DNA of 64,000 nucleotides from Parasitella parasitica NRRL 2501. Its lineage: Eukaryota > Fungi > Mucoromycota. Of this stretch, positions 62,245 to 64,000 are shown piece by piece. Within the stretch, counting starts at the first letter, position 1, and each line of letters opens with the position of its first letter. The position numbers and the translations under genes are program-made. The notes under the pieces were generated by a model. That model saw only the letters and a program-made list of their open reading frames with translations, was not told the origin of the DNA and did no database searches. The stretch spans positions 20,814-84,813 of the forward strand of contig MU619311.1 of assembly GCA_025201805.1 (NCBI GenBank). The letters are read 5' to 3'.

Positions 62245-64000
62245 GCAGCATAAGACGAATTCAATCATACTATGCATATTTTGCTGTATCCCCATGTTTG
62301 CAATCATAATGTTTTGTAATATCAGTGTCTCCAACTTGAATCTCGAAATAAATAAAATCAACACATCTCAAGTTTGCTACGAAAAAAAAACCTATCTGTT
62401 GTAGTATATCGCTCTGTATAATATTGGCCCTTATACTGTATTGATGTTGTCATACAGTCGTTGATACTCGACACTTACATTTGAGCAATGATATGTGCAG
62501 ATACATAATGTTGCTATACCTTGTACGAAGATGAAATAAAAAATTCGTTTTTATTTAAGAAATTCGTCATAATGGAAGGTTCTGAGTCCATCAACTCACG
62601 GTTCCTTTTTAAAAGAATAATAGGTAAGGCATCTTCAAATGTTTGAAGAAAATCAAATTCCTATTGTTTGCGATCTTTAATACGTGCATTTACAGTGTTT
62701 GAGTTTGAGTTAGGGCTTGTACATTATGCTTTCAAGAGCACTATTGTGGCATTATTTACTATTTAGATATAACAATGCGATATAACACTGTGAAGTAGTA
62801 TACAAGAATACCGTCAAAACCGTGAGCATATACACTATCCTTTTTACCTTTCTTTTTTGACTTGATCCGCTATACAAAAAAAAAAAAAGAACACTGATGA
62901 GAATTCAATCATTGATATAAAAAAGGGTTATACTTATATAAATATGTACTTCGACAGCTTAAATAACAACTAGCAATGACTCGCTGGGATTTGACAAACA
63001 GGAAAAAGAAAATCATTACCTTTAAACATTGGAAGCCGTCATTTGTCTTGCATGGTGATCACTTGCAACAGCACGCGGTTGACTCCCCGACCATCATCCT
63101 GGTCCAGAATGTGGTGCTGCGCCTGAATGCCCACATTGTTACTCTCCATGCCTAATAGTCAACCTCATTACTGTGAGCAAACCATGATAATGAGTGAGGA
63201 TCAATAGATGACAGCGATGGAGGAAGAATGCTGGGACTAACATGCAGTTGGTTCAATGAACGGAGGAAAAAAAGGTTAAAAATGGTCAAAGAGCATTTGC
63301 AAACGCTGACAGTAATGCATTTGATCATTCAGAATTTGATACGGTACTTGAAAGTACAGTCCCTGAAACCTGGAACCTGAAATTTACCAGAAGCTTATTA
63401 TGAAGCTTAACTTTTGTTAGTGAAATTACCCTCAACCTCAATCCTAACTTCTACTCTACTTTCTATTGTACATGATTAGCATTAAAACTACAAAAAAAGA
63501 GACTCTTGAACTGACATTAGGCATTCTTAAAATTAAAAATGGTAATTGGGCTTCTCTGTCACTAGCAATTAGCAAGTAATTAGCAAGTTATGAAGTATTC
63601 ACGAATCACAAGAGGTCATTACAGCAAATCATTGTATTCATTAATTATTATCTTTTGCTTACAACTCAATCGGCCACATCTGTTTGATTATAGTATATCT
63701 TGAAGAAATGTATTCTTGTGGTATCAAAAATACTTACTTTATAGGACTTAGTCATGTACTAGAATTGATATTGACTTGATATCATCTCCAGACAGATATT
63801 TTAACAGCTTAAAAGCAAGAACTTTAGCTTCGTATGCCATTTTTTTTAATAATTTTTATAATCAAAAGTGCCCTGAAAACACCAGAAATAGTATCCATTG
63901 GGAAGAACTATATTATATATGATTTTGGTGCAATTTGAGCATGATTTTTTTTTCGATGCAAAATCACGGATTTTTTCGATTTTTTCCTTGTATCCACGCA

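Noticed and set aside
62950-63320. GC-richer patch near the window end, possible retroelement debris
   Set aside because: Translations contain stops and no diagnostic motif.
1-64000. CRISPR arrays, rRNA genes, Mucorales sex locus or biosynthetic gene cluster
   Set aside because: No spaced direct-repeat array, rRNA-like sequence, HMG-box/tptA/rnhA genes or PKS/NRPS/terpene core seen; neighbouring genes look functionally unrelated.

Overview
AT-rich, intron-dense fungal DNA. Short GT-AG introns, a CotH gene, a WKNNGNT-type WRKY-like factor and the general gene style point to Mucorales (Mucor/Parasitella-like); this is an inference. I reconstructed about 24 protein-coding genes by eye across introns: GGT (3' part), RPL13, WRKY-like TF, Zn2Cys6 TF, PPN1-like endopolyphosphatase, RPF2, PPR protein, CEP104 homolog, TMEM135-like, EH-domain protein, GNAT, WD40, 4-TM protein, CotH, kelch membrane protein, TEA/ATTS TF, RRM-like protein, double-Zn2Cys6 TF, DYRK kinase, F-box, SEC24, C2H2 protein and two hypothetical proteins. 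Other content: an 816-bp foldback element with ~307-bp inverted arms and an ATT target-site duplication, a ycaC-like isochorismatase pseudogene largely missed by the ORF track, weak LINE and Tc1 remnants, and an 85-N assembly gap. Most notable: a TEA factor that appears to keep an animal-type YAP-binding domain, a complete ciliary-tip CEP104 in a non-flagellated lineage, the foldback element and the ycaC pseudogene. No database search was possible, so homology calls rest on recalled motifs. I did not find a clearly new multi-gene system.
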